A DNA stretch of 62,687 nucleotides, filler included. It is 5 parts of 5 records of this genome, joined end to end, with 100 filler letters (N's around TTAATTAATTAA, not from the genome) between each part and the next. Parts side by side here need not be neighbours in the genome. Positions count along the whole stretch, not along the records: positions 1 to 19,190 come from DRR378314_1009; positions 19,291 to 44,306 come from DRR378314_1010; 3 more parts are not named here. One strand, given 5' to 3'. The notes beneath the pieces were generated by a model. It was not told the origin of the DNA and searched no databases. It was given only the letters and a program-made list of their open reading frames with translations. The position numbers and the translations under genes were made by a program. Below are positions 11,045 through 21,710 of the stretch, piece by piece; position 1 is the first letter of the stretch, and each line of letters starts with the position of its first letter.

Positions 11045-12862
11045 CTAGTCGTTTACCTTGAGCACAGCAAGGAAGGCATCCTGGGGAATTTCAACACGCC
11101 CCACCTGTTTCATCCGTTTCTTACCGGCCTTCTGTTTTTCCAATAGTTTCTTCTTACGGCTTACATCACCGCCGTAACATTTGGCCGTCACGTTTTTACG
11201 CAGCGCTTTGACTGTTGAGCGCGCGACAACCTGGCCACCAATAGCGGCTTGAATAGCCACATCAAACATTTGCCGCGGAATCAGCTCTTTCATTTTTTCC
11301 ACTAGCAGGCGACCACGGTTATGCGCATGGTCACGGTGGATAATGACGGCCAGTGCGTCAACTTTATCGCCATTGATCAGCACGTCCAGGCGAACCAACT
11401 TAGCCGCTTCAAAACGTTCGAAGTTGTACTCAAGTGATGCATAACCACGAGAAATAGACTTCAAACGATCAAAGAAATCCATGACCACTTCTGACATGGG
11501 CAGCTCATAGGTTAACTGGATCTGATTCCCCAGGAACTGCATATCTAATTGCGTACCGCGGCGCTGCTCACACTCAGCAATCACGTTACCAACATACTCC
11601 TGAGGAACCAGAATGCTGGCACGCACGATGGGTTCACGCATCTCATCAACGTCTGCCATATCAGGCAATTTCGAAGGGTTCGATACGTATTGAATCTCGC
11701 CGTTTTTCATGGCGAGCTCATACACCACCGTCGGCGCTGTGGTCAGCAGATCAAGATCATATTCACGCTCTAAGCGCTCTTGAATGATCTCCATATGCAG
11801 CGTACCCAGGAAGCCGACGCGGAAACCAAAGCCCAATGCATCCGAGTTTTCCGGCTCATATTCAAGCGAAGCATCATTGAGCGCAAGCTTCTCAAGCGCG
11901 TCCCGAAAGTCTTCGTAGTCATCGGCACTAACCGGGAACATACCTGCATATACCTGCGGCTTCACTTTTTGGAAACCAGGCAGGCGGGGAACATCAGGGG
12001 TTTTGGTGTGGGTGATTGTATCGCCCACCGGTGCTCCGTGGATCTCCTTGATACCAGCGACAATGAAGCCTACTTCACCAGCACGCAGAATATTGGTCTC
12101 TTTGCGAAGCGGTGTAAAGATCCCTACCTCGGTGGCCCCCCAATCACGCCCTGTGGACTTGATGCGGATTTTGTCGCCTTTGCGCAATGTTCCGTCGAAT
12201 AAGCGCACTAGCGAGACAACCCCAAGATAGTTATCGAACCAAGAGTCGATAATAAGCGCTTGCAAAGGTGCTTCTGGGTCACCCTTAGGAGGCGGAATAT
12301 CCCGCACTAACCGCTCTAATAAGGCGTCGATGCCGATACCGCTTTTAGCCGATACTTGGCAGGCATCGGTGGCATCCAAACCGATAATTTCTTCGACTTC
12401 CTGTGCGACACGATCAGGGTCAGCCTGGGGCAAATCAATCTTGTTAAGTACTGGGAGTACTTCCAAGCCCTGTTCAATTGCGGTGTAGCAGTTGGCAACC
12501 GATTGAGCCTCCACACCTTGTGCGGCGTCTACCACCAACAGCGCTCCCTCACAGGCGTAAAGAGAACGCGACACCTCGTAAGAGAAGTCCACGTGCCCAG
12601 GCGTGTCAATGAAGTTGAGTTGATAGACTTCACCGTCTGCAGCCGTGTAGTCAAGCGTGACGGACTGCGCCTTGATGGTAATACCACGCTCGCGCTCAAT
12701 ATCCATGGAGTCGAGCACTTGCTCCTTAAGCTCTCGCTCGGTCAAACCGCCGCAGGTCTGAATCAAACGATCTGATAGCGTCGATTTACCATGATCAATA
12801 TGCGCGATGATGGAGAAGTTGCGTATGTGCTTGAGCTTTCCGCTGGAAACGTCTTGAGACAT
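11045..12862 (-). CDS. lepA: Elongation factor 4
   Basis: [37 protein letters not shown]. Confidence 0.98.
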   Translation of the reverse strand: MSQDVSSGKLKHIRNFSIIAHIDHGKSTLSDRLIQTCGGLTERELKEQVLDSMDIERERGITIKAQSVTLDYTAADGEVYQLNFIDTPGHVDFSYEVSRSLYACEGALLVVDAAQGVEAQSVANCYTAIEQGLEVLPVLNKIDLPQADPDRVAQEVEEIIGLDATDACQVSAKSGIGIDALLERLVRDIPPPKGDPEAPLQALIIDSWFDNYLGVVSLVRLFDGTLRKGDKIRIKSTGRDWGATEVGIFTPLRKETNILRAGEVGFIVAGIKEIHGAPVGDTITHTKTPDVPRLPGFQKVKPQVYAGMFPVSADDYEDFRDALEKLALNDASLEYEPENSDALGFGFRVGFLGTLHMEIIQERLEREYDLDLLTTAPTVVYELAMKNGEIQYVSNPSKLPDMADVDEMREPIVRASILVPQEYVGNVIAECEQRRGTQLDMQFLGNQIQLTYELPMSEVVMDFFDRLKSISRGYASLEYNFERFEAAKLVRLDVLINGDKVDALAVIIHRDHAHNRGRLLVEKMKELIPRQMFDVAIQAAIGGQVVARSTVKALRKNVTAKCYGGDVSRKKKLLEKQKAGKKRMKQVGRVEIPQDAFLAVLKVND

Positions 12863-13053
12863 CGAGTGTGTTCTGCCTTATGGGTGTGCAAGGTGTAGCT
12901 GGCTTTATAGAGCCAATGTGCGCAGGCAATAAAGATTGCCGCACGACTACTTTGCCAATGTTCGTCAAAAAGATAAGCGCTATTGTAGCGATATGCGCGG
13001 GATAGGAACAGCAGTCCGGCGAGAACCGCCGGACTGGAGAGACAATCAGTGGA

Positions 13054-14472
13054 TTACTCTAGACGTAAAGCCACAAATAGCGAGCGTCCATCTCGATACA
13101 AGCGCAATGGAATTGCGCGATCATCTGGCAGTTCTTCAACAATTCTCAACAGCTCATCTGCCGAAGCAACGCTGCGGTGGTCAATGCTGACTAATATATC
13201 GCCCACACGCAGCCCCGCTTGCGAGGCAACACTGTCGGGGTCAACCTGACGCACTTCCACGCCACCACCAATATTTAGGCGCTCACGGGTTGCCTCATCA
13301 ACTTCTACCACGGCCACACCCAGACGAACCTGATTATTGCTGCTCGAACTATCGCTATGACCAGCTTCTGAATCAGGCCAGCTACCCAATTCAAGCGTTT
13401 CGGTCACCTCTTCACCATCGCGCATCAGTGTTAAATCCACATCACTGCCAGGAGCAACGCGACCAATCAGACGCGGTAACGTGCTGGAACGATCAACCTC
13501 TTCACCGTTCACCGCAACAATGACATCCCCTGCTTGAAGACCACCTTGCGCCGCGGGCCCATCCGGATCGAGGTCAGCAATCAGCGCGCCAATGGCTTCC
13601 TCCATGCCAAACGACTCAGCAAGATCACGAGACACAGGCTGAATCATTACGCCCAACCACCCACGATTCACATGTCCGTCTTCACGTAGCTGGTCAGCCA
13701 CGTCCATGGCGACATTAATGGGAATAGCAAAAGAGAGCCCCATAAAGCCACCGCTACGCGTCAGTATTTGTGAGTTAATACCGACGACTTCCCCTTCAAG
13801 GTTAAATAAGGGGCCACCGGAATTACCTGGATTAATGGCAACGTCGGTTTGGATAAAGGGTACATAAACATCACGAGGCAGCGTGCGGTTAATAGCACTC
13901 ACAATGCCAGCAGATACAGAATGGTCAAAACCAAAGGGTGAGCCTATGGCAGCCACCCACTCACCGACTTTTAATTCATCGGAGTCGCCCAGATCAAGCA
14001 CTGGCAAATTGTTGGCATCCACCTTCAGTAGCGCAACATCTGTTTGCGTATCGCTACCCACTAGCTCTGCGGTGAGTTCTCGACGATCGTTTAATCGCAC
14101 AAGAATTTCATCAGCATCTTGAACCACGTGAGCGTTCGTCAGCACGTAACCATCCGCACTAATGACGAAACCAGAACCAAGTGACTGGCGCTCTTCACTG
14201 CGGTTCGGCCCTCGACTAGGGGGAGGCGTAGGAAAACTATCGCCAAAAAAGTGGCGGAATATTTCAGGGATATCCTGGCCACCGAACCCTTGAATAGAAG
14301 GCCCAGAGCTACGTTGAATCGTCCTGCTAGTAGAGATATTGACCACACCAGGGGCAGCGTCTTCTACCAATTTGGTAAAGTCTGGCAAGTTCTGCGCGTG
14401 GGCATTTTGCCCAACGAACAAAAATACAATAAAGCACAACCAAAGTGCGGAAGGAAAAACCAAGCGCTTCAT
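13054..14472 (-). CDS. mucD: Periplasmic HtrA-family serine protease (MucD/DegP-like)
   Basis: Signal peptide, TNAHVV, INPGNSGGPL, two PDZ domains; lies after rseABC. Confidence 0.9.
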   Translation of the reverse strand: MKRLVFPSALWLCFIVFLFVGQNAHAQNLPDFTKLVEDAAPGVVNISTSRTIQRSSGPSIQGFGGQDIPEIFRHFFGDSFPTPPPSRGPNRSEERQSLGSGFVISADGYVLTNAHVVQDADEILVRLNDRRELTAELVGSDTQTDVALLKVDANNLPVLDLGDSDELKVGEWVAAIGSPFGFDHSVSAGIVSAINRTLPRDVYVPFIQTDVAINPGNSGGPLFNLEGEVVGINSQILTRSGGFMGLSFAIPINVAMDVADQLREDGHVNRGWLGVMIQPVSRDLAESFGMEEAIGALIADLDPDGPAAQGGLQAGDVIVAVNGEEVDRSSTLPRLIGRVAPGSDVDLTLMRDGEEVTETLELGSWPDSEAGHSDSSSSNNQVRLGVAVVEVDEATRERLNIGGGVEVRQVDPDSVASQAGLRVGDILVSIDHRSVASADELLRIVEELPDDRAIPLRLYRDGRSLFVALRLE

Positions 14473-14552
14473 GCAACAGCTCCTAATCAAGCAAAAGTAC
14501 TAACCACGTACTAAACACAAGGGAGTGCAACTCTCAGCGAGTTACAGGAGTA

Positions 14553-14999
14553 TTAACTGACCAGACGCGGGCGGAAGCGTTCCACTCGTCCGCGCAGTAG
14601 ATATTTCAGGATGACGACAGCGCCAATTAAGGTACTAAAAAATAGCATCGCACAAACCCCATCACTCGCCCCAATTCCTGACGCCGTACCAGAAATGATG
14701 ATGGCAAATAGGAGTGGTAATCCATAAACGAGCAGCGCCAGAATATTGACATCACTCTTAGTAACGGTGAACGAAACTGAGCTACCTATTGGATAAAGGC
14801 TTGAATATTGCGAGGGCAAACCGCCCGGATCAATGACGGTGCGTGGTTGACGGCGAGCTAACAACCCTGCGCCACATCCACGCCCTTCAGCACACTGCTG
14901 ACAAGCGACACTGCTCGACACATCGACCACTAATCCTGCTCCAGAGTGAGCAATGACGGTGCCTGAACGTACGATAGCATTGCAATCTGTAGTGTTCAC
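14553..14999 (-). CDS. rseC: RseC/MucC family protein
   Basis: CxxC..GCG motif plus two C-terminal TM segments; operon position. Confidence 0.85.
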   Translation of the reverse strand: MNTTDCNAIVRSGTVIAHSGAGLVVDVSSSVACQQCAEGRGCGAGLLARRQPRTVIDPGGLPSQYSSLYPIGSSVSFTVTKSDVNILALLVYGLPLLFAIIISGTASGIGASDGVCAMLFFSTLIGAVVILKYLLRGRVERFRPRLVS

Positions 15000-15013
15000 A
15001 ACGATGTACCTGG

Positions 15014-16009
15014 TTATTCAAATTGCACTGACTGAACAATGCGCTGCAACAATTCAACGGGCAGCTCGCCGATGCCCACTAATTGCCAGCTCTGATCTCT
15101 GACATCAATCAACGACACAGCAGCGTTAGATACACCGACTCGATGAAGACCTTGCTCCAACGCTGGCTGACTGGCGGGCGACACAAACACGCTCACCGCC
15201 GCTAACCCGTCGCTATACACACGCTGGCCGCTTTGCTGCCCTGGCTCCAAGGGCTGCTCGACAAATCCTTCAGGCAGCCAAGTTACTTGCCAAGGTTGGT
15301 CAAGCATCTGCTCATCGCTGGGTCTGGGCACTTCACCACTATAGGCGGTAGGAGAGTGAAGCTGGGTGACCTGAAAAGTTTCAAGGACACGGCCTTGAGC
15401 ATCGCTAAGCACATGCTTAAGCAATAGCCCTGTCGCTTGATCGATCCACCAAGTATGTTGATATCGCTGACTATCGATAGGCGAAAAGCGAAGCTCTACA
15501 GCATCACGCTCGGCTACTCGTGTTTTATCCTGAAGCGTTATGTCATAGTACTCGGCGACATGCTCTGCCCATGCCTCTGGTGCAGATACTGAGTCAGACT
15601 CGCCAGCTGGAAACCAAGCTAAATGCCCAGCAATGGAACGGCGTTCAACGCTAACGGACGGGCCATCCAGATGTTGCACAACTTGTTGGCGAATGCCATC
15701 TCGAATGCGATGGGAGAGCGCCAGTGTTCTAACCCCTATCGCATCAATAGAAACCGCACGCGCTTGAAACTCAAAGCAATGCCCAGCATAGACACTAGCC
15801 ACTAGCCACTCATGAGCAGTAGTGAAAGGGGCTTGGCTAGGAGCATCTGCGCAGGAAAGCGATGGGTAGCTATCAGCTTTCAAATGGAGAGGCAGTAAAC
15901 AGGTGCTCAATACGCACAGGCCAACTGCAAGCCTACCTCTCCCGTAAAGATATTTACCTATCACGTTTCCAGCCACGCGGGCCCTCACTTGGTTAAAAAA
16001 GTTGGCCAA
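15014..16009 (-). CDS. rseB: RseB/MucB periplasmic negative regulator of sigmaE
   Basis: RVAERDA, WIDQATGLLLK, WLPEGF, YSDGLAAVSVF. Exact start uncertain. Confidence 0.88.
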   Translation of the reverse strand: MANFFNQVRARVAGNVIGKYLYGRGRLAVGLCVLSTCLLPLHLKADSYPSLSCADAPSQAPFTTAHEWLVASVYAGHCFEFQARAVSIDAIGVRTLALSHRIRDGIRQQVVQHLDGPSVSVERRSIAGHLAWFPAGESDSVSAPEAWAEHVAEYYDITLQDKTRVAERDAVELRFSPIDSQRYQHTWWIDQATGLLLKHVLSDAQGRVLETFQVTQLHSPTAYSGEVPRPSDEQMLDQPWQVTWLPEGFVEQPLEPGQQSGQRVYSDGLAAVSVFVSPASQPALEQGLHRVGVSNAAVSLIDVRDQSWQLVGIGELPVELLQRIVQSVQFE

Positions 16010-16020
16010 CGCACCTAATA

Positions 16021-16764
16021 TTAACGTTGTCCTAAAGGCTCCGTTACTGAAGAAGAGCGCATTAATGGCATCCAGCTATCACCACTTCCACCGGCAGCAC
16101 CTTGCGCGTGCTGCTCAAGGTACGTCTTAAGCAGGCGAATCTGGTCAGCATCAATAGCCAGTGTCTGCTGGGCCATGTCCCCTTGGGGCGCATGAGGTGT
16201 TGAGAACCCAGCGTCGCTGACATTCATAAAGCCGCCTTGTCCAGACTGACCATTCACACGAAACGGCGTTTGTTCAAACATCGGCATTTCTGATGGCGTC
16301 ATGGAAGCGGGTTGAGAAGCTGCGAGATTAACAGGCTGAACCTGTACACCACCACTGCCGGACTGGGCAGCAATGCTATCGCCTGCACTCTGCGCGCTAC
16401 CTGACGTTGTGTTGCCGTTGTTAAAGAACTGCACCCCGGTAATAACCATGAGTGAAACGGCGGCCGCTACCCCGGCACCACGGGCAAAGGAAAGTCCACC
16501 AGAACGAGTGGGAGTAACCACGGTGTCGTCTTCAAGGGCTGGAGCAGGTTCATCGCGCAATCGATCCATAATGCCGGCAGAAAGATCGATGCTCACATCG
16601 ACATTTCTTTCACGCTGCATCATGCTGCGCGCCAAATGGTAGCGCCGCCATGTCTCTGCCGCATCAGAATCGTCAGGCAATGACTTCAACACTCGGCGCA
16701 ATTCAAGCTCGTCACTTTCGCTATCCATCAATGCTGAAAGCGACTCCCGTGTGTTATGACTCAT
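16021..16764 (-). CDS. rseA: Anti-sigmaE factor RseA/MucA
   Basis: ESLSALMDSE..WRRYHL, TM VAAAVSLMV, YLEQH. Confidence 0.92.
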   Translation of the reverse strand: MSHNTRESLSALMDSESDELELRRVLKSLPDDSDAAETWRRYHLARSMMQRERNVDVSIDLSAGIMDRLRDEPAPALEDDTVVTPTRSGGLSFARGAGVAAAVSLMVITGVQFFNNGNTTSGSAQSAGDSIAAQSGSGGVQVQPVNLAASQPASMTPSEMPMFEQTPFRVNGQSGQGGFMNVSDAGFSTPHAPQGDMAQQTLAIDADQIRLLKTYLEQHAQGAAGGSGDSWMPLMRSSSVTEPLGQR

Positions 16765-16968
16765 ACTTCACACCCTCACACTGTGTTGTTAGAAGCGCTG
16801 CGGTGACACTGCTACCCAGTGTTTACCACCCAGCAACTCCACAGGCCAAGACCTCGTTTCAAATCGCCAATTCCTAAACGCTTAATTATCAGCAGATTAA
16901 ACTGTTTGACTACTGAACATTGAACGTTCACTTGGCGCTTACTCGACCCAACTAAGATCGTCAGGTTC

Positions 16969-16995
16969 TATGACGCTTCACTTTCCAGACAGTTC
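16969..16995 (-). promoter_or_regulatory. Candidate sigmaE promoter upstream of rseA
   Basis: Minus strand GAACTG-N16-TCATA, resembling the RpoE/AlgU consensus GAACTT-N16/17-TCnnA. Confidence 0.5.
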
Positions 16996-17059
16996 ACAAA
17001 AAATGTAAAAACGTAATCAAATGTGAATTTAGCGCCCTAAACCTACCACCACCTGCCCC

Positions 17060-17659
17060 TTACTCATCACGACTGTTTCGGGCCGTTGTCACTAGTGGGC
17101 GTATATGCTCATCAACCGCCTCACGGGCGCGAAAAATGCGCGAACGCACGGTTCCTACGGGGCATTGCATCACTTGAGCAATATCCTCATACGCAAGACC
17201 ATCCAGTTCACGCAGCGTGATTGCCGTGCGTAAATCATCTGGCAGATTTTCGATGGCTTCGTAAACGGCTGCTTCCAACTGATCCCGAGCAATCGATGCC
17301 TCTGGCGACTCAGCGTCAGCCAACCGTCCGCTCTGGTCAATCATTTCAGCATCGACAATATCCAGATCACTGCCGGGCGGCCTACGCCCCCGAGACACTA
17401 AATGATTTTTGGCAGTGTTAATCGCGATACGGTACATCCATGTGTAAAACGCACTTTCCGAGCGAAATTTCCCCAGTGCTCGATACGCTTTGATAAAGGC
17501 TTCTTGCGCCACGTCTTGTACTTCGGAGTGATCGTGAACATAACGTCCGATCAATCCAATAATTTTGTGCTGGTATTTTTTGACCAGTAGATCGAAAGCG
17601 CGTGTATCACCTTTTTGGGCACGTTCAACCAACTGCTGGTCTGTTTCACGAGTGCCCAT
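17060..17659 (-). CDS. rpoE: ECF sigma factor RpoE/AlgU
   Basis: DQQLVERAQKGD..AFDLLVKKYQ, DVAQEAFIKAYRAL, CPVGTVRSRIFRAR. Confidence 0.97.
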   Translation of the reverse strand: MGTRETDQQLVERAQKGDTRAFDLLVKKYQHKIIGLIGRYVHDHSEVQDVAQEAFIKAYRALGKFRSESAFYTWMYRIAINTAKNHLVSRGRRPPGSDLDIVDAEMIDQSGRLADAESPEASIARDQLEAAVYEAIENLPDDLRTAITLRELDGLAYEDIAQVMQCPVGTVRSRIFRAREAVDEHIRPLVTTARNSRDE

Positions 17660-17932
17660 TCACACCCCCCTCCCGCTCGTGCGACGCACGCCGAGCGCTA
17701 TTTCTCTTCGCCCTTTCATGTGGGCCTTCACAGCAAGCAGCATAGTGTCCCTTGGGCATTGGTTAATCTTAATGATGACAGATAATAATGAATGATTCGC
17801 CTACCACATTCAGTGTAAAAAAGTATTCAGTGGTACTTAGTGTTGCGCGTTCTTAGCGGGGCATCAAGCGCTTACACACACTCCCCCCCTCATTCCTCTC
17901 AACGTGACCCACAGCCTCCACAAAATCTTGAC

Positions 17933-17961
17933 CGTGACACTTTTCGTCTAGATCAAGTTCC
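17933..17961 (-). promoter_or_regulatory. Candidate autoregulatory sigmaE promoter for rpoE
   Basis: Minus strand GGAACTT-N16-GTCACG; perfect -35, weaker -10. Confidence 0.45.
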
Positions 17962-18039
17962 GTAACAATTGATTTTTACCCGCCTGACACGCCATAGTAG
18001 AGCCACTTTTTAGTCCATAGCGCACGCACAGGTAGCACG

Positions 18040-19116
18040 ATGTCAGATCAGCAGGTTAGTAACCTTAACGTCCTTGCACAGGATGTTCTCACCACCCCCG
18101 AAGCCCTTAAAGAGACTATTCCGCTAACAGAAGCTGCGGAACGCTCTGTTATTGAGGGTCGCCATACCATCCAAAACATCCTCGATGGTAAAGATCACCG
18201 GCTTCTCGTCGTTGTAGGTCCATGCTCCATCCATGATGTCGATGCCGCACTGGACTATGCTCGCCGCCTGCGTAAATTGGCAGACCAAGTGAGCGACAGC
18301 CTGTTCATTGTCATGCGCGTCTATTTCGAAAAACCCCGTACCACAGTAGGTTGGAAAGGGCTGATAAACGACCCTCATCTTAACGACTCTTTCGAAATTG
18401 ATGAAGGCCTCCATATCGCGCGCAAGCTACTTGTCGATCTGGCTGAGATTGGCCTGCCGCTCGCAACGGAAGCATTAGACCCGATCTCCCCCCAGTATAT
18501 GCAAGACTGCATTAGCTGGTCTGCGATCGGCGCACGCACCACAGAATCGCAAACCCATCGTGAAATGGCATCAGGACTCTCCTGCCCCGTCGGCTTCAAA
18601 AACGGCACCGACGGCAGCCTCGACGTCGCTATTAATGCCCTGCAGTCTGTTGCCAGCCCGCATAACTTCCTGGGTATCAACAACGCAGGCCAAGTTGCCA
18701 TTATCCGTACACGGGGTAACGCTTACGGCCACGTCGTGTTGCGCGGTGGTAATGGCAAGCCAAATTACGATAGCGTCAGCGTTGCTCTGGCAGAAAAAGA
18801 GCTTAAGAAAGCTGATCTTTCAGCCAACATTATGATCGACTGCTCTCACGCTAACTCTAACAAAGATGCTGGCCTACAGCCGCTGGTGCTCGAAAACGTC
18901 ACCAACCAAATCCTAGAAGGCAACAGGTCCATTATTGGCCTGATGGTCGAGTCAAATATTGGCTGGGGCAACCAGAAAGTTCCTGCCGACCTTAGCCAGC
19001 TAACCTATGGCGTTTCCATCACCGACGCCTGCATTGATTGGGACACAACGGTTGAGACCTTTACCCGCATGAACGACAAGCTTGCGCCAGTGCTCGCCCA
19101 GCGCATCGCACAGTAA
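18040..19116 (+). CDS. aroF: Class I-alpha DAHP synthase (AroF/G/H family)
   Basis: GPCSIHD, RVYFEKPRTTVGWKG, IGARTTESQTHRE, DCSHANS, SITDACI. Isoenzyme label is tentative. Confidence 0.9.
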   Translation: MSDQQVSNLNVLAQDVLTTPEALKETIPLTEAAERSVIEGRHTIQNILDGKDHRLLVVVGPCSIHDVDAALDYARRLRKLADQVSDSLFIVMRVYFEKPRTTVGWKGLINDPHLNDSFEIDEGLHIARKLLVDLAEIGLPLATEALDPISPQYMQDCISWSAIGARTTESQTHREMASGLSCPVGFKNGTDGSLDVAINALQSVASPHNFLGINNAGQVAIIRTRGNAYGHVVLRGGNGKPNYDSVSVALAEKELKKADLSANIMIDCSHANSNKDAGLQPLVLENVTNQILEGNRSIIGLMVESNIGWGNQKVPADLSQLTYGVSITDACIDWDTTVETFTRMNDKLAPVLAQRIAQ

Positions 19117-19160
19117 AAAACGGCTAGCAACCATAAGCGCCCCGCAAGGTAATTCGCCTT

Positions 19161-19190
19161 TGAACTGACCCCCGAAAGTTGGACACCAAT
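19161..19190. mobile_element. Probable terminal inverted repeat of an IS3-family element at the contig end
   Basis: TGAACTGACCCCCGAAAGTTGGACA begins 5'-TG and resembles IS150-group ends; it sits immediately before the assembly break. Confidence 0.6.
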
Positions 19191-19290
19191 NNNNNNNNNN
19201 NNNNNNNNNNNNNNNNNNNNNNNNNNNNNNNNNNTTAATTAATTAANNNNNNNNNNNNNNNNNNNNNNNNNNNNNNNNNNNNNNNNNNNN
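19191..19290. other. Artificial contig spacer
   Basis: 44 N + TTAATTAATTAA (stop codons in all six frames) + 44 N. Confidence 0.98.
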
Positions 19291-19291
19291 G

Positions 19292-19996
19292 CAACATGGG
19301 CTACCGCTCAAGGTATTTGTCGCTAAAAACGCTAACCCACTAAAAATTGCAGGTATCCGAGCACTAGGCGCAGACGTTATCAGTGCGGGAGAGGACTTTG
19401 ATCAAGCCAAGCAGGCAGCAAACCACTTTGCCAAACAAAGCGGTGGCCTATTTGTAGAAGATGGCCGACAGGTGGAGATCACCGAAGGTGCCGGCACTAT
19501 CGCGGTTGAAATGCTCGCCAACGGTGACGCATTCGATACGCTACTGGTGCCCCTTGGCAATGGCGCGCTTATAAACGGCGTAAGCCGCTGGTTCAAGGCA
19601 TCCTCCCCCGCCACTCGCGTCATCGGCATCTGCCCTAAAGGCGCGGATGCCACCTGGAAAAGCTGGAAGAGCGGTACTCTCGTCATTAATGATCGAGTAA
19701 ATACCATGGCCGATGGCGTGGCGGTTCGCGCTCCCATTCTCGAGGCACTGGAGGGTATGCGCGATCTAGTCGATGATATTTGGCTGGTGGACGAAGCCAG
19801 TATCGAAGAGGGCATACGCCTTGGCCTGGAACATCTGGGACTGTTACTGGAACCCGCAGGCGCTCTTGGCTTGGCAGCCGCCTATGCTATGCGTGACCAG
19901 TGGCCCGAAAATGCCCACATCGCCACTATTCTGACCGGCGCCAACCCTTCGCCGACACTCACCGATTCATTGCTGGCGGCCTTCACTGACAGTTGA
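19292..19996 (+). CDS. PLP-dependent threonine/serine dehydratase-family protein, 5'-truncated by the contig edge
   Basis: Frame open from the contig start (QHGLPLKVFV..GIRALGADVI..GEDFDQAK); EGAGTIAVE, VPLGNGALING, TMADGV, EPAGA, ILTGAN. Confidence 0.85.
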   Translation, partial: QHGLPLKVFVAKNANPLKIAGIRALGADVISAGEDFDQAKQAANHFAKQSGGLFVEDGRQVEITEGAGTIAVEMLANGDAFDTLLVPLGNGALINGVSRWFKASSPATRVIGICPKGADATWKSWKSGTLVINDRVNTMADGVAVRAPILEALEGMRDLVDDIWLVDEASIEEGIRLGLEHLGLLLEPAGALGLAAAYAMRDQWPENAHIATILTGANPSPTLTDSLLAAFTDS

Positions 19997-20025
19997 AAGA
20001 GCAGGTAATAGCGAACGCTGGACAA

Positions 20026-20052
20026 GGCCTGAACTAATAATAAGTTCAGGCC
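20026..20052. repeat. Perfect 10-bp inverted repeat between convergent genes (terminator or REP-like)
   Basis: GGCCTGAACT-aataata-AGTTCAGGCC. Confidence 0.75.
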
Positions 20053-20056
20053 ACAC

Positions 20057-21499
20057 TTAGATGATACTTACCGCATGCGCCTGTGCTTCTTCCACCATCT
20101 CGGTGGCGAGTTCTCCCACGGTGCGCACGGCATCTTCAATGGCCGGTGTTAGCGTAAATGCGTAGTTAAGTCGCAAGCACTGGCGAAACTTGCCCGAGGC
20201 TGAAAATAGCGAGCCAGGAGCCACATGGATGGCGCGCTTGGCTAAGCGTTCATTAAGACGTACGCAGTCCACGGCGGCAGGTAACTCCACCCATAGCAAA
20301 AAACTGCCTTGTGGATAGCTGATGCCCGCGCCTTCTGGAAAATAGCGCTGCACCCAGTTGATCATGATGTCCCGTTGGCGCTGATATTGGCGGGTAACAT
20401 AGCGAAGGTGACGCTCGTAGTGGCCTTTGGCGACAAACTCCGCCACCGCCAACTGCGGCAATGTGGCCGAGGCACCGGTAGAGACATACTTCATATGCAG
20501 CGCCTTATCTCGATAACACCCCGGCGCTAGCCAACCCACTCGTAGCCCTGGCCCAACCGTTTTCGAAAAGCCACTGCACAACAGCACCCGCCCATCGTTA
20601 TCGAAAGACTTCACCGTCACCGGCCTTGGGTGGGCATAGGCGAGATCACCGTAGATATCGTCTTCAATGATGGCCACGTCGAAGCGTTGGGCGAGTTGAA
20701 ACAGCGCCTGTTTGCGCGCCTCACTCATGGTGTAACCCAGTGGGTTGTTATACGTCGGAGTGACCTGGATCGCACGGATCGGCCACTGCTCCAACGCCAT
20801 CTCCAATGCTTCCAAACTGATACCGGTTTGCGGATCAGTGGGAATCTCCAACGCTTTTAGACCATTGGCTTTTAGGATCTGCATGGTGCCGTAAAAGCTG
20901 GGCGAGTCCACGGCCACCACGTCGCCAGGCTGAGTGAGGGTGCGCAGCGCTATCGACAATGCCTCCTGACAGCCGGTGGTGATCATGATGTCATCCGGGT
21001 GCAGCAAACAACCGGAGGCAATGGCCAGCCGCGCTACCTGCTGACGCAGCTCGGGGCTACCACTCAGTTTGTCGTAGTTAAAGCCATTCAGATCGTTCTT
21101 ACGGTGCAGCCCCGCCAATATTTTCGACAGCGGCTTAAGCGTTTCATAAGCCAGGTTCGGCACACCGCGCCCAAGCAGCAGCCGACTATCGTCACGCTCT
21201 GTAGCGACCAGCTCTAATACTTGATCCCATTGGGAGACATCCAGCGGGCACTGCGCAGGACGAGAGACAGAAGGCAGCACCGCAGGCACCCTGCTTGGAA
21301 GTACAAAGTAGCCCGATTTCGGTCGTGACTCGATCAGCGACACATCCATCAACTGCCTGTAAGCCTCCTGAGCAGTCGAGATACTGACATCAAGCTCCTG
21401 ACATACCGCTCGAATAGAAGGCAGGCGATCACCCACGCGGTAAATACCGTGCTCAATTCGCTCCCGCAAAATACAAGCAACCTCTTCGTAGCGTGTCAT
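20057..21499 (-). CDS. MocR-family regulator (GntR wHTH + PLP aminotransferase-like), YjiR/YdcR-like
   Basis: RLPSIR..VSISTAQEAY, NPLG, IIEDDIYGDL, GFSKTVGPGLRVGW. Confidence 0.92.
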   Translation of the reverse strand: MTRYEEVACILRERIEHGIYRVGDRLPSIRAVCQELDVSISTAQEAYRQLMDVSLIESRPKSGYFVLPSRVPAVLPSVSRPAQCPLDVSQWDQVLELVATERDDSRLLLGRGVPNLAYETLKPLSKILAGLHRKNDLNGFNYDKLSGSPELRQQVARLAIASGCLLHPDDIMITTGCQEALSIALRTLTQPGDVVAVDSPSFYGTMQILKANGLKALEIPTDPQTGISLEALEMALEQWPIRAIQVTPTYNNPLGYTMSEARKQALFQLAQRFDVAIIEDDIYGDLAYAHPRPVTVKSFDNDGRVLLCSGFSKTVGPGLRVGWLAPGCYRDKALHMKYVSTGASATLPQLAVAEFVAKGHYERHLRYVTRQYQRQRDIMINWVQRYFPEGAGISYPQGSFLLWVELPAAVDCVRLNERLAKRAIHVAPGSLFSASGKFRQCLRLNYAFTLTPAIEDAVRTVGELATEMVEEAQAHAVSII

Positions 21500-21571
21500 A
21501 ACTCCAGCCCTCTATCTTTGAGACGCTTTTAAATCGCTCTTCAAAACGTTCTTGAAGACGTTTTAAAAACA

Positions 21572-21655
21572 ATACAGATACCCTGCCCAGCAACCATACA
21601 GAGGTATAACATACACCATCTGTATCTTAAAAATAGAAAAGCCTATATCTGTATC
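21572..21655. promoter_or_regulatory. Candidate MocR operator: four ATACAGA half-sites
   Basis: ATACAGA at 21572 and 21596; inverted copies ATCTGTATC at 21618 and 21647, all in the divergent spacer. Confidence 0.6.
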
Positions 21656-21710
21656 GATTGAGCATGGCTGCGTAATCTGGTTGAGCATATCGCCATCAAG
21701 GAGAACTGCC

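Noticed and set aside
21515..21660. CRISPR-like or iteron array in the MocR spacer
   Set aside because: The repeats are 7-9 nt with irregular spacing and mixed orientation, which fits an operator; no cas genes are present.
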